From Flavobacteriales bacterium (GTDB lineage: Bacteria; Bacteroidota; Bacteroidia; Palsa-965): DNA of 40,237 nucleotides. Positions 26,446-35,529 of this stretch are shown here, piece by piece. The stretch is from positions 1-40,237 of the forward strand of contig JBEIPA010000039.1 in NCBI GenBank assembly GCA_040377305.1, read 5' to 3'. Position 1 is the first letter of the stretch, and every line of letters begins with the position of its first letter. The position numbers were made by a program, and so were the translations under genes. The notes beneath the pieces were generated by a model, which worked only from the letters and a program-made list of their open reading frames with translations, searched no databases and was not told where the DNA came from.

Positions 26446-26749
26446 CTTCACGAATTTAAATACAATTAACGTGATTCAACATCCCAATTCTGAGAGCAGC
26501 CGATATAATAAAACGCTGCAGGTGAGTAGACCACAACGCTTTGACTCAAATCAAAAAATGACAGATGTAGCCACCTGTCGTTCAAGTGTACCCGCAAGTC
26601 CAAGGATGCTACTTCTCCCCCGCACGTTTGATGGTAGGCAGACATTTTGGGTACGATGTGGAGAGAATTACCCTTCCAACATGCAATTTCAAGTATCCAC
26701 AGCCGCAAACTGAGAAACTACGCCTGGCCTTACATCCTACTTTCATTTC

Positions 26750-26793
26750 TTAACCCAAGTCAATGACCAGCAGTTTTTGCGGGTATAATTTTG
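26750..26793 (+). promoter_or_regulatory. Crp/Fnr-type box TTAAC-N4-GTCAA and promoter of the oxidoreductase
   Basis: TTAACCCAAGTCAA 26750-63; TAATTTTG 26786-93 (same 23-bp spacing from TCA); a Crp/Fnr gene lies adjacent. Confidence 0.65.
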
Positions 26794-26829
26794 TCCCTGA
26801 ATAATTCAAACAACTTTAACCCACTAAAA

Positions 26830-27783
26830 ATGAAAGCAGCAGTTTATACGCAATACGGCGCTCCGCAAGTTCTCCAACTTAACGAAGTAGCTAAACCAAC
26901 ACCAAAAGACAATGAAATTCTTGTAAGAATAAAAGCCACAGCAGTTAATTCGGGCGATGTGCGATTACGAAAGGCTGATCCATTTGCAGTCCGGTTATTT
27001 TTTGGACTAATGAAGCCAAAGGTTAATACGTTGGGAACTGTTTTTTCCGGTGAAGTTGAAAGTGTAGGTAAACAGGTCAAACTTTTCAAAGCGGGCGATC
27101 CGGTTTTTGGACATACCGATATGCGTTTTGGAGCTTACGCAGAATATATCTGTATCCCTGAAGACGGTTCATTGGCAATCAAACCTGCCAATATTTCGCA
27201 CGGTGAAGCGGCAGTAATTCCATTCGGAGGAGTTACAGCACTGCATTTTATTAAGAAGGCAATCATAAAGCCGAATCAAAAAGTTCTCGTAGTTGGTGCT
27301 TCAGGTGCGGTTGGAAGCGCTGCCGTTCAATTAGCAAAGTCGTATGGTGCAATTGTGACTGGCGTGTGCAGTACTACGAACATTGCTTTGGTAAAATCCA
27401 TTGGGGCTGATCAAGTGATTGATTATACAAAAGAAGATTTTACAAGGAACGGTGAGATATACGATTTGATTTTTGATGCGGTAAATACAATATCTGTTTC
27501 CGGAACCTTAAAATCACTCGCCCGAAATGGAAAAATGATCCTAAGCGCCGCTGGAATGTCAGAAATGCTTCACGGTTCCTGGGTCTCTATTACAAGCAAG
27601 AGAAAGGTATTCACTGGTGTAATCGCCCACAAAGCGGAGGACATTATTTATCTCAAGGGGCTTATTGAGGCGCTGAAATTTAAACCAGTGATTGACAGAA
27701 TATATCCGTTAAGTCAGATTGCAGAAGCTCACGCCTATGTTGAGAAGGGACATAAGAAAGGAAATGTTGCAATAGCTGTGTAG
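26830..27783 (+). CDS. NAD(P)-dependent MDR-family (quinone oxidoreductase / zinc-ADH-like) oxidoreductase
   Basis: MKAAVYTQYGAPQVL, GAYAEY, VLVVGASGAVGSAAVQLAK, GADQVIDY, EAHAYVEKGHKKGNV. Confidence 0.9.
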   Translation: MKAAVYTQYGAPQVLQLNEVAKPTPKDNEILVRIKATAVNSGDVRLRKADPFAVRLFFGLMKPKVNTLGTVFSGEVESVGKQVKLFKAGDPVFGHTDMRFGAYAEYICIPEDGSLAIKPANISHGEAAVIPFGGVTALHFIKKAIIKPNQKVLVVGASGAVGSAAVQLAKSYGAIVTGVCSTTNIALVKSIGADQVIDYTKEDFTRNGEIYDLIFDAVNTISVSGTLKSLARNGKMILSAAGMSEMLHGSWVSITSKRKVFTGVIAHKAEDIIYLKGLIEALKFKPVIDRIYPLSQIAEAHAYVEKGHKKGNVAIAV

Positions 27784-28359
27784 TTATTTCCCGAGTAGTC
27801 TTTTCCTGATTCTGCTTAGCGATTCCGGCTTTACACCCACGTAGCTTGCAATTTGATACTGCGGTATTTTCTGAAACAAGTCTGGTCGTGATTCTAATAA
27901 TTTCAGGTAGCGTTGCTCAGCGGTATCGGTGGAGTACGAAGACATTATTTCCTGCTGTTCAGCAAAAACTTTTTCCATCACCTTTCTGGAGACAGTCTCA
28001 AATTTGGGATACTTTCTATAAAGATCTTCCTCTTTCTCTCTGTTGCCAACAACCAATGAAGAATCCATACAGCAATCCATGAAATGATCGGAAGGTTTGT
28101 TTTGACCAAAGCTTTGCATAGAAATTACCCACTGTTCTTCCGTGAAAAAATTACTCGTCTTTTCATCTCCATCAACCAAATAATACTGTCTGACACAACC
28201 GTCCACAACGAAATAAACTTCAGATGAAACTTGTCCTTCCTTAAGCAAAACTGTTCCTTTCTTATACTGCTTAATTGACATAGTTGCAACAATGGCTTCA
28301 ACCTCTTCCTGCGACAGAGGCATGATTCTTTGAAAATAGGAAATGAGTTTGTTGTCCAT
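27784..28359 (-). CDS. Crp/Fnr family cNMP-binding regulator
   Basis: LLKEGQVSSEVYFVVDGCVRQYY; AEQRYLKLL...IPQYQIASYVGVKPESLSRIRK; ATG 28359. Confidence 0.9.
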   Translation of the reverse strand: MDNKLISYFQRIMPLSQEEVEAIVATMSIKQYKKGTVLLKEGQVSSEVYFVVDGCVRQYYLVDGDEKTSNFFTEEQWVISMQSFGQNKPSDHFMDCCMDSSLVVGNREKEEDLYRKYPKFETVSRKVMEKVFAEQQEIMSSYSTDTAEQRYLKLLESRPDLFQKIPQYQIASYVGVKPESLSRIRKRLLGK

Positions 28360-28363
28360 TCGA

Positions 28364-28993
28364 TCAAAGCGTACCTGGCGCCAACCTCTTCCTAAAACTA
28401 CAGAAAATAAAATTCTGAATCGTTTGGAACGGCGTAGTATGGTCAACGGTAATGCACTTGATTTTATCAAACAACATCTTGATTCGTTCAGTCATGCTTA
28501 CCTCAGAATATTGTTTGATTTCTATACCGCTGCATTTCTTCGGACCCTGTTCAGAAAAAGTACCCAGAACTAGAATGCCTTCAGGTTTGATTCCCGCTTT
28601 TAGAGCACTGATGTAGCCGTCAATCTCCGTTTCTTTTGTCAGGAAGTGAAATGCAGCTCTGTCATGCCAGAAATCATACTTCTCAGTTGGAGTAAAACTG
28701 GAAGCATCGGCCACCACCCATTTCACCGTGTTGGCTTTATTCCCTATGCGCAACTTAGCTCTATCTAACGCCGCTTCTGAAATGTCAAGAACAGTTACAT
28801 CGCTGTAACCTTGTTCAAGCAGGTAGTCGACAAATAAACTATCACCTCCTCCTATGTCAATGATCTTAGCGTCTTTTGGTACTTGAAACTGATGAAGAAA
28901 ATCAAGCGAGGTTTCAGGCACGGGTTGATACCAGCTTACGTCCTTCAGCTCCTTTGTTTGATAGATTTTATCCCAGTGTTGTTTCTTATCCAT
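28364..28993 (-). CDS. Class I SAM-dependent methyltransferase
   Basis: IIDIGGGDS motif I, VLDISEAAL, WHDRAAFHFL, GPKKCSG. Confidence 0.9.
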   Translation of the reverse strand: MDKKQHWDKIYQTKELKDVSWYQPVPETSLDFLHQFQVPKDAKIIDIGGGDSLFVDYLLEQGYSDVTVLDISEAALDRAKLRIGNKANTVKWVVADASSFTPTEKYDFWHDRAAFHFLTKETEIDGYISALKAGIKPEGILVLGTFSEQGPKKCSGIEIKQYSEVSMTERIKMLFDKIKCITVDHTTPFQTIQNFIFCSFRKRLAPGTL

Positions 28994-29060
28994 CGCAGTA
29001 AAAATGTTTCAAACAAAATTAACAGTATTCCTTACGATGGGCAACACCAGTGTGCGGTCA

Positions 29061-30521
29061 TCAATAAAACACGACCCTGGATACAAATACTCCGCCAGTG
29101 ACTTCATCCGCGACTTCTGCCAGATACACACCAGCGGGTTGACGAGCAATCACTACCGAAGTTTTGCTGGTGAGTGAAGACGATACAATCACGCGGCCGG
29201 TTGCATCAGTCAATGTCAAACATCCTTCATGTCCTCCAAGCAAAGAAACATCAAGAGTCACATCACCATTGGATGGATTCGGATACGCGTTCAACAAGTT
29301 GCTTGATGAAGACTCATCAATTCCATTCGGCACAATAGTAGCGCTCTTGTAAATCACATTGCCGCTTGCCATGTCTGTAAATACCACATGGAACATTCCA
29401 TCGGAATATGCGACATGCGGACTGGTTTGCATTCCTGCAGCAGAGCTATTCAGCATTACAGAATTGTTCACTAACCCGGCAGCGCCAGTCGTCGACCATG
29501 AGTAGTAAGTGTTGACATTGCCATTATCCGTTTGCTGCCAGACTACCATTATCGTATCTCCGTTACCCGCAATGAACGGATAATTCTGATCAGCAGTCGT
29601 AGAAATGTTCGTTGCAAGTTCTGCATCGAATCCTTCCATTCCGGTGATCGTATTGAAGGTTGTGATGTAAAGTCGGTTGTTGCCGAATGCGCCGCTCATG
29701 AATACCGTTGTCACCGTGTCGCCGGAGAGATGCGGATCAGGACCCGATGATGGACATGAACTCAACATCCAATCTGTACTGTCAACATCTATTCCTGTTG
29801 GAAAAGTTGATCCGGCATCAATGGAAACAGCCGCCCACATATCGCGACGGTTGTTATTGTTTCTTCTCCACGTTGCAACCTGATTGTTGCCCTCAGTTGA
29901 CATGTAACCCGGACAGCAATCGCATACATCCGAATTGCCCACACCACTAGCATTCGCAGGAGACACTGGAAAGGTTTGACCGCCATCTGTTGAATTAGCA
30001 ACCATGTACGTTGCGCTCAACCAGTTCATATCGAATGTCATGTACATCACAGCAGGATTGCCAGCATCAGTCACAACAATCGATGGAAATCTGCAATACG
30101 GTCCCATCATATTTACACGAACTGTATCGGTCCAGGTTACGCCACCATCAATTGACTTGCGAACGTAAATATTACCCATCATCTCCGGCTCAGATTTGAA
30201 AACAACATAAACCGTGTTTCCATTCGAACCAATGTCGTGTCCTTGCCATGACATTACTGCAGGGTCAACATTAACCGGTGTAAGAGCCATGGCCATTCCG
30301 AAGCCAGCACCGTTTCCACGAGCGTAGTTCAGTTGATCGGAAGAACTACTTCCCCAGACAACAAGCGGAACGTTATTCGTAGTCGCTGTCACGCGAGGGC
30401 GCATGCTGCCATACGTGCTACCGTTTGCAACGATTACTTCCGCTGACCAGTTCAATGTTTGTGCGAATGAAACCAGCGAAGACAGTGACGTTGCTATGAG
30501 AAGTAGATTTCGTTTACTCAT
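29061..30521 (-). CDS. Secreted BNR/sialidase-like repeat protein with T9SS type A C-terminal sorting domain
   Basis: Signal peptide; Asp-boxes SIDGGVTW, STDGGQTF, SIDAGSTF; CDCC and WMLSSCPSSGP; CTD AYPNPSNG...TDATGR...PAGVY. Confidence 0.88.
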   Translation of the reverse strand: MSKRNLLLIATSLSSLVSFAQTLNWSAEVIVANGSTYGSMRPRVTATTNNVPLVVWGSSSSDQLNYARGNGAGFGMAMALTPVNVDPAVMSWQGHDIGSNGNTVYVVFKSEPEMMGNIYVRKSIDGGVTWTDTVRVNMMGPYCRFPSIVVTDAGNPAVMYMTFDMNWLSATYMVANSTDGGQTFPVSPANASGVGNSDVCDCCPGYMSTEGNNQVATWRRNNNNRRDMWAAVSIDAGSTFPTGIDVDSTDWMLSSCPSSGPDPHLSGDTVTTVFMSGAFGNNRLYITTFNTITGMEGFDAELATNISTTADQNYPFIAGNGDTIMVVWQQTDNGNVNTYYSWSTTGAAGLVNNSVMLNSSAAGMQTSPHVAYSDGMFHVVFTDMASGNVIYKSATIVPNGIDESSSSNLLNAYPNPSNGDVTLDVSLLGGHEGCLTLTDATGRVIVSSSLTSKTSVVIARQPAGVYLAEVADEVTGGVFVSRVVFY

Positions 30522-30543
30522 TTGATTATGTTTTCTTATTTGT

Positions 30544-30580
30544 ATTCGTGAATCCTGACTATCATCGTCAGGATTTCATG
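30544..30580 (-). repeat. 37-nt hairpin leader motif, copy A
   Basis: Sense CATGAAATCCTGACGATGATAGTCAGGATTCACGAAT, 22 nt before ATGAGTAAA. Confidence 0.85.
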
Positions 30581-30626
30581 CAGGATTTGTTTGGTACAAC
30601 TAAATATAGTTCAACTTTACCATGTA

Positions 30627-30658
30627 AAACAAAAGACGGTCGTAATAACGACCGTCTC
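30627..30658 (-). terminator. Intrinsic terminator of the MFS gene
   Basis: Minus strand AGACGGTCGT-TATT-ACGACCGTCT followed by TTTGTTT. Confidence 0.75.
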
Positions 30659-30715
30659 ACCATGACTGTTAAATACAACTCATTGTAGTTCAACAGTCGG
30701 TCACCATATTCCTAC

Positions 30716-32137
30716 TTATTGCTTCGGAGTTCTCACGAACAACGTGGCCAGTACTGTGGATAGCCCTGCTATGACTGCAGCGCCGGTAAATGCAGCCTGG
30801 AATCCGGAGTTGGTTGATTCAGTGACTTCCGTTCCTGACGCTACCAGATTGCTCGTGGTGAGTGTTGCAATCACTACAACAATTGCCAGCCCTATTGCAG
30901 AACCGATCTGATAACTTGTGTTCACCAGTCCTGATGCGAGTCCTGCCTCCTCGGGTTTCGCTCCGGACATTGATGCAATTGTTCCTGGAATATACGCGAG
31001 CGACATTCCAATAGCGGCAAGCAACGATGGACCGAGTACGCTCGTCAGGAATGTTCCATTAACAGGCGCCTGGGAAAACCAGACGAGTGCAACAGTCAGC
31101 AACAACAATCCAACAACGAGGTTCTTCTTGAATCCGAAACGCTGAATCAATTTACCGGAGAATCCAACCATGATGATCATGATAGCAGCAGTCATCGGGA
31201 GCAAAGCTAAACCGGAATTGAAAGCGTTTAAGTGAAGCGTTTGTTGCAGATACAAGTTGAGATAAAACCACAGCGGAATCCACGATGCAGCAAGCAGTGC
31301 CATCACAATGTTCGCAGGCGTTAGATTGAATCGCTTGAAAATATTCAGATCAACAAGCGGATCGGCTGCACGCTTTTGTCTCTGGACGAATGCAATAAAT
31401 AGGAGACCCGTTGCAATGAATTGTGCAATCGTTGAAATTGACGTCCACCCCATGTCTCCACCGGTAACAATTGTATAAACAAGCAAAACCAATCCCGACG
31501 TCGCCAACAAAGCTCCGGCAAAATCAATTTTACTTTTTCTGCGCGCTCCTTCCGAAAGGAACTGCGGACCTGCAAACAAAACGATTAACCCAAGAGGAAT
31601 GTTGATGAAGAACACCCATTCCCATGACAACCATTGTGTAAGCACACCTCCCAGAAATACACCAGCTGAACCGCCTGCCGCAGCTGCAGCACCCCAGAAG
31701 CCAAGTGCTCTGCCTAGTTCTTTCTGATCAGTAAACATGGTCATTACGAGTGTCAATGCCGCGGGTGCAATCAGCGCTGAACCCAGTCCCTGCAATGCGC
31801 GACCGATATTCAATGCAACTGCACTCCACGCAAATCCTGCGAACAGTGAAGCAACGGTTAGAATACTGAAACCGATCAGGAATATTTTTCTTGGACCGAA
31901 AAGGTCCGCGAGTTTTCCTCCAAGTAAAAGTAGTCCCCCGAATGCAACTACGTAAGCATTAAAAATCCACTGAAGCGATGAAGCAGAATACCCCAAATCT
32001 TTTTGGATCGCAGGTAAAGCAACACCAATTATTGAGGTGTCCATAATGACAACGAACTGTGCAAGACACAGCACAAATAAAGCAGCCCAGCGTTTCGCAT
32101 ATAGGCCAGTCATGTTAATCGTTTGAATTTTACTCAT
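30716..32137 (-). CDS. DHA2 (EmrB/QacA-like) MFS efflux transporter
   Basis: AQFVVIMDTSIIGVALP, GGKLADLFGPRK motif A, GRALQGLGSAL, WEWVFFINIPLG. Confidence 0.92.
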   Translation of the reverse strand: MSKIQTINMTGLYAKRWAALFVLCLAQFVVIMDTSIIGVALPAIQKDLGYSASSLQWIFNAYVVAFGGLLLLGGKLADLFGPRKIFLIGFSILTVASLFAGFAWSAVALNIGRALQGLGSALIAPAALTLVMTMFTDQKELGRALGFWGAAAAAGGSAGVFLGGVLTQWLSWEWVFFINIPLGLIVLFAGPQFLSEGARRKSKIDFAGALLATSGLVLLVYTIVTGGDMGWTSISTIAQFIATGLLFIAFVQRQKRAADPLVDLNIFKRFNLTPANIVMALLAASWIPLWFYLNLYLQQTLHLNAFNSGLALLPMTAAIMIIMVGFSGKLIQRFGFKKNLVVGLLLLTVALVWFSQAPVNGTFLTSVLGPSLLAAIGMSLAYIPGTIASMSGAKPEEAGLASGLVNTSYQIGSAIGLAIVVVIATLTTSNLVASGTEVTESTNSGFQAAFTGAAVIAGLSTVLATLFVRTPKQ

Positions 32138-32161
32138 GGCTTGATATTATTTTGGTTTTGA

Positions 32162-32198
32162 ATTCGTGAATCCTGACGGTCATCGTCAGGATTTCATG
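32162..32198 (-). repeat. 37-nt hairpin leader motif, copy B
   Basis: Sense CATGAAATCCTGACGATGACCGTCAGGATTCACGAAT, 24 nt before ATGAGTAAA; promoter TAGTTTTG at 32221-32214. Confidence 0.85.
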
Positions 32199-32353
32199 CC
32201 TGATGTTTTTTGGCAAAACTATTTCGGCGTCGTCGGGTGGTGCTTATATCAAAGCGGGTATGGTTTATATCATTTTCAGTTTGGTGAAAAACCACAGAAA
32301 GGGTTGAATTCCACGTTTGCAGGATAAAACCAGAATGCACTACCTTTGAATCA

Positions 32354-32740
32354 GTGATCAAAAAACTCACCATAGGATTTCTCGCAACCATCTACTTGAT
32401 TGTAGCGGTGGGTGTAACCATCTCAGGGCATTTCTGTGGTGGTTATCTTGAATCCTATTCATTCAGTGTAATCGCAGATGAACACAATTGTTGCGGCGGA
32501 ATGCCGATGGATACGAACTGCTGCGAAAATGTTCAGGTTACGATTAAGTCTTCCGAAGATCACTTTGCATCTGATCTGTCGAAAATTGAACCATCATCTT
32601 CGTTCATTACGCTTCCGGAATTCAGCACTGAACTTTTTGAACTACAGTTACAGGATGTTGTCCTTACTCCGGTAGTTCCACCTCCTCCATTATTAGTCAA
32701 ATGCCCTGTTCATATCATGAACCGGGCTCTCCTTATTTAA
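32354..32740 (+). CDS. HYC_CC_PP family protein
   Basis: GTG start just after TACCTTTG (32341-48); TM segment, HFCGG, CCGG...NCCEN, PPPPLL, C-terminal NRALLI. Confidence 0.85.
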   Translation: MIKKLTIGFLATIYLIVAVGVTISGHFCGGYLESYSFSVIADEHNCCGGMPMDTNCCENVQVTIKSSEDHFASDLSKIEPSSSFITLPEFSTELFELQLQDVVLTPVVPPPPLLVKCPVHIMNRALLI

Positions 32741-32833
32741 GATATACGATCTCCCTGGCGTGCTAACGTCCCGGGATTCGTGTGTTCGTGTAAGAACGAA
32801 TTACAGATATTCCTTCATCTTAAATAAGCTATA

Positions 32834-33397
32834 ATGCAACTGTACATTAAAAACATGGTTTGTAACCGCTGCATAAAAGTCGTCGCACAGGAACTGACAG
32901 ACCTGGAAATCGGTTACACTTCAGTAAGACTAGGAGAAGTTGATATTCGGGAGAAACTTACCGACGAGCAACATTCACAATTACGCGAACGACTGACGAA
33001 ACATGGTTTCGAGTTGCTTGATGATAAAAAGTCGGCTCTGATCAGTCAGATTAAATCAGCGGTAATAAATTACATCCATTACGATGAGAGCAAAACAATT
33101 AAAGTGAACCTATCTGCCCACATCGCGGAAAAAGTGGGGAAAGACTATAATTACCTAAGCGGGCTATTTTCTGAAGTAGAAGGAATTACCATTGAGAAGT
33201 TTGTTATCCTTCAACGAATAGAAAAGGTCAAGGAACTCCTCGTTTATGGTGAACTTTCTCTGAGCGAAATAGCATGGAAAATGGGATACAGCAGTTTGGC
33301 ACATTTATCGGGTCAGTTTAAGAAAATCACCGGTCTTACACCGAGTGTATACAGAGAGATCCGTGATAAGAAGCGAAAAACACTGGATGAAGTATAA
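32834..33397 (+). CDS. AraC-family regulator with N-terminal HMA-like CxxC
   Basis: LYIKNMVCNRC; LSLSEIAWKMGYSSLAHLSGQFKKITGLTPS. Confidence 0.92.
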   Translation: MQLYIKNMVCNRCIKVVAQELTDLEIGYTSVRLGEVDIREKLTDEQHSQLRERLTKHGFELLDDKKSALISQIKSAVINYIHYDESKTIKVNLSAHIAEKVGKDYNYLSGLFSEVEGITIEKFVILQRIEKVKELLVYGELSLSEIAWKMGYSSLAHLSGQFKKITGLTPSVYREIRDKKRKTLDEV

Positions 33398-33402
33398 TGA
33401 GA

Positions 33403-33464
33403 AAATACTATAAACCTTTTCGGATTATATATAATCACTCTGTGACGGTATCAGAAGACCTTTG
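33403..33464 (+). promoter_or_regulatory. Probable AraC-type direct-repeat operator and promoter of the metal operon
   Basis: TATAA at 33409 and 33430 (21-bp period); GACCTTTG 33457-64. Confidence 0.45.
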
Positions 33465-33491
33465 CTTCATCAAATCATAAAACTAAAGATC

Positions 33492-34220
33492 ATGATGACG
33501 CATAAATATAACCTCGATGGACTTACTTGCAGCTCTTGTGTTGCGAATGTAAAAGGCAGTTTATTGATGATGCCGGATGTGTTGTCAGCTGAAGTAACAC
33601 AGACTTCTGCTGAGATTACCATGAGCAAGCACATCAGCACAGAAGAGTTGCAAAAAGCAATGGGACGAAATGGAAAGTATACGATTACCGAAGACGCATC
33701 TGTGCATCACCAGATGACTTCGGCCCCTGCTAAAACCTGGCTGCAGACATACAAGCCCCTATTGCTGATCGCTTCATTTATCACCGGAGTTTCTCTGTTC
33801 ACCAGTTGGAATGGGACAGAAATCAATGGCATGAAATGGATGAATGCTTTCATGGCTGGATTCTTCATCGTGTTTTCGTTTTTCAAGTTTCTTGACCTGC
33901 GGGGGTTCGCAGATAGCTATGCGATGTATGATTTGCTGGCCAAACGCGTCAAAGTTTATGGATTTATCTACCCGTTCATAGAGCTTGCGCTGGGTGTAAT
34001 GTTCCTGATAGGTTTTAATCCCGCCGTGACAACAATCGCAACGATAGTCGTAATGGGTTTCAGCAGCATTGGCGTTATCAAGAGTATTGTGGACAAAAAA
34101 CAGATTCGTTGCGCTTGTCTCGGCGCTGTCTTCAATTTGCCGATGAGCACAGTAACGATTATTGAAGACTTATTGATGGTAGGCATGGCACTATACATGT
34201 ACTTCCTGATGTACATTTAA
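33492..34220 (+). CDS. HMA domain + MauE/DoxX-like membrane protein
   Basis: GLTCSSC; FADSYAMYDLLAK, YPFIEL, IRCACLGAVFNLPMSTVTIIEDL; ATG 33492. Confidence 0.9.
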   Translation: MMTHKYNLDGLTCSSCVANVKGSLLMMPDVLSAEVTQTSAEITMSKHISTEELQKAMGRNGKYTITEDASVHHQMTSAPAKTWLQTYKPLLLIASFITGVSLFTSWNGTEINGMKWMNAFMAGFFIVFSFFKFLDLRGFADSYAMYDLLAKRVKVYGFIYPFIELALGVMFLIGFNPAVTTIATIVVMGFSSIGVIKSIVDKKQIRCACLGAVFNLPMSTVTIIEDLLMVGMALYMYFLMYI

Positions 34221-34228
34221 GACAACAA

Positions 34229-34333
34229 ATGAAAGAAGCAAAACCAGTTCAGAAATCATTGACAATCCGGTTAGCCTCATGGGTTCTAACAGTCTTGCGG
34301 AAAACATTCACTAAACAATCCTGTTGCAAATGA
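34229..34333 (+). CDS. Unannotated 34-aa peptide MKEAKPVQKSLTIRLASWVLTVLRKTFTKQSCCK
   Basis: Fills the gap between HMA-MauE and tolC; A-rich start; TGA overlaps the tolC ATG (ATGA, 34330-33). Confidence 0.7.
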   Translation: MKEAKPVQKSLTIRLASWVLTVLRKTFTKQSCCK

Positions 34334-35529
34334 AGTATCGCGTAAATAGAACATTGCTTATAAAGATGGCCATTCTCTTTATCGCTTTGACCGTTTCGGA
34401 ATATCTCGAAGCACAAACAACACTGAGTTTGCAGCAGGCTATTGATTCTGTTCTGAAGCGGGATCCTTCTGTTCAGGCGGCATCGCTACAGATTGTGCAG
34501 AGTCAGCAGTTGCAGAAAAGCAGTGTAAGCATTCCCAATCCGGAAGTGTTGGCAGAAAGTCCCAGCGGTGAATTCTACACAATTGGTGTAACTCAATCTT
34601 TTGATTTTCCCGGAACATACATTCGCCAGAGTCAGTATCAAAAGGAACAAACAAAGCTCGCAGGATTCGCAAAAGCTATTTCCTCTCTGGAAGTAAAGTT
34701 TCAGTTGACACGGATTTATCTGAATGCACAATATCAGTACTCGCTATATCAACTTCTCCTAAAGCAGGATAGTTTATACAAATCAATCAGTGATGCCGGA
34801 GATAAATTATTCAACGCAGGAAAACTTGATCTCGTTCAGAAGACATTTGCCAACCTGCAATTCGGAGAGATTCATCTGAAGTCACAAGCCGCGAAGGCCG
34901 ATTACGATGCAACTTTACAACAGCTATCACTACTTACGGGTGTTTCATCACCCTTTCAGGTTGAAAAACTTGTTCCTGACCTGAAACGCGAAAAGCCCAA
35001 TATGAATACTGCTGCAAATCCATATCTGGCTTACTCGATGCAACAGGAAATTGTAAGTCGCAAATTGTGGCAAGTGGAAAGAAACCGGGCGCTACCTGGA
35101 TTCACGATTGGTTACCTCAATCAAGGACCGATGTCTACTCCAATGGGATTTCGCTTCCGGGCGGGCATAACAGTTCCGATCTGGTTTTGGCAATACAGTG
35201 GCAGAATGAAAGCTGCAAAAACCGGAATACGCGTCTCTGAATTTCAGAGTCAGGCACAACAGCAACAACTATCCTTGCAATTGATCGCTGCTCAAAGTTC
35301 TATGTCTAAAGCAACAACAGCACTTTTGTACTATGAAAACAATGGCTTGAAGCAAGCGGAAACGGTTGAGAACGCAGCACAGCGATTGTTTATTGCGGGT
35401 GAAACAGATTATATCACGTACCTGCGTACACTGAATGATAGCTACTCGATCCGATTCAATCACCTTGAAGCAGTCAAAAACTACAATGAGGCATCATTGG
35501 AGTTGAACTTTTTATCCGGCAACCTATGA
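34330..35529 (+). CDS. tolC: TolC-family outer membrane efflux protein (CzcC-like)
   Basis: Signal peptide, LSLQQAIDSVL, IGVTQSFDFPG, GITVPIWF, GETDYITYL; first gene of the tripartite pump. Confidence 0.88.
   Translation: MKYRVNRTLLIKMAILFIALTVSEYLEAQTTLSLQQAIDSVLKRDPSVQAASLQIVQSQQLQKSSVSIPNPEVLAESPSGEFYTIGVTQSFDFPGTYIRQSQYQKEQTKLAGFAKAISSLEVKFQLTRIYLNAQYQYSLYQLLLKQDSLYKSISDAGDKLFNAGKLDLVQKTFANLQFGEIHLKSQAAKADYDATLQQLSLLTGVSSPFQVEKLVPDLKREKPNMNTAANPYLAYSMQQEIVSRKLWQVERNRALPGFTIGYLNQGPMSTPMGFRFRAGITVPIWFWQYSGRMKAAKTGIRVSEFQSQAQQQQLSLQLIAAQSSMSKATTALLYYENNGLKQAETVENAAQRLFIAGETDYITYLRTLNDSYSIRFNHLEAVKNYNEASLELNFLSGNL

Noticed and set aside
26466-26713. 80-aa (-) and 99-aa (+) ORFs in the intergenic gap
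   Set aside because: No recognisable motifs or good start context; could be a decayed remnant, but I cannot support that.
6599-33491. Extended N-termini in the ORF track (6646, 8614, 8799, 11839, 14230, 19228, 25799, 26791, 28470, 33462)
   Set aside because: They overlap promoters, leaders or upstream genes, and most use TTG/GTG; downstream ATGs with A-rich context fit better.
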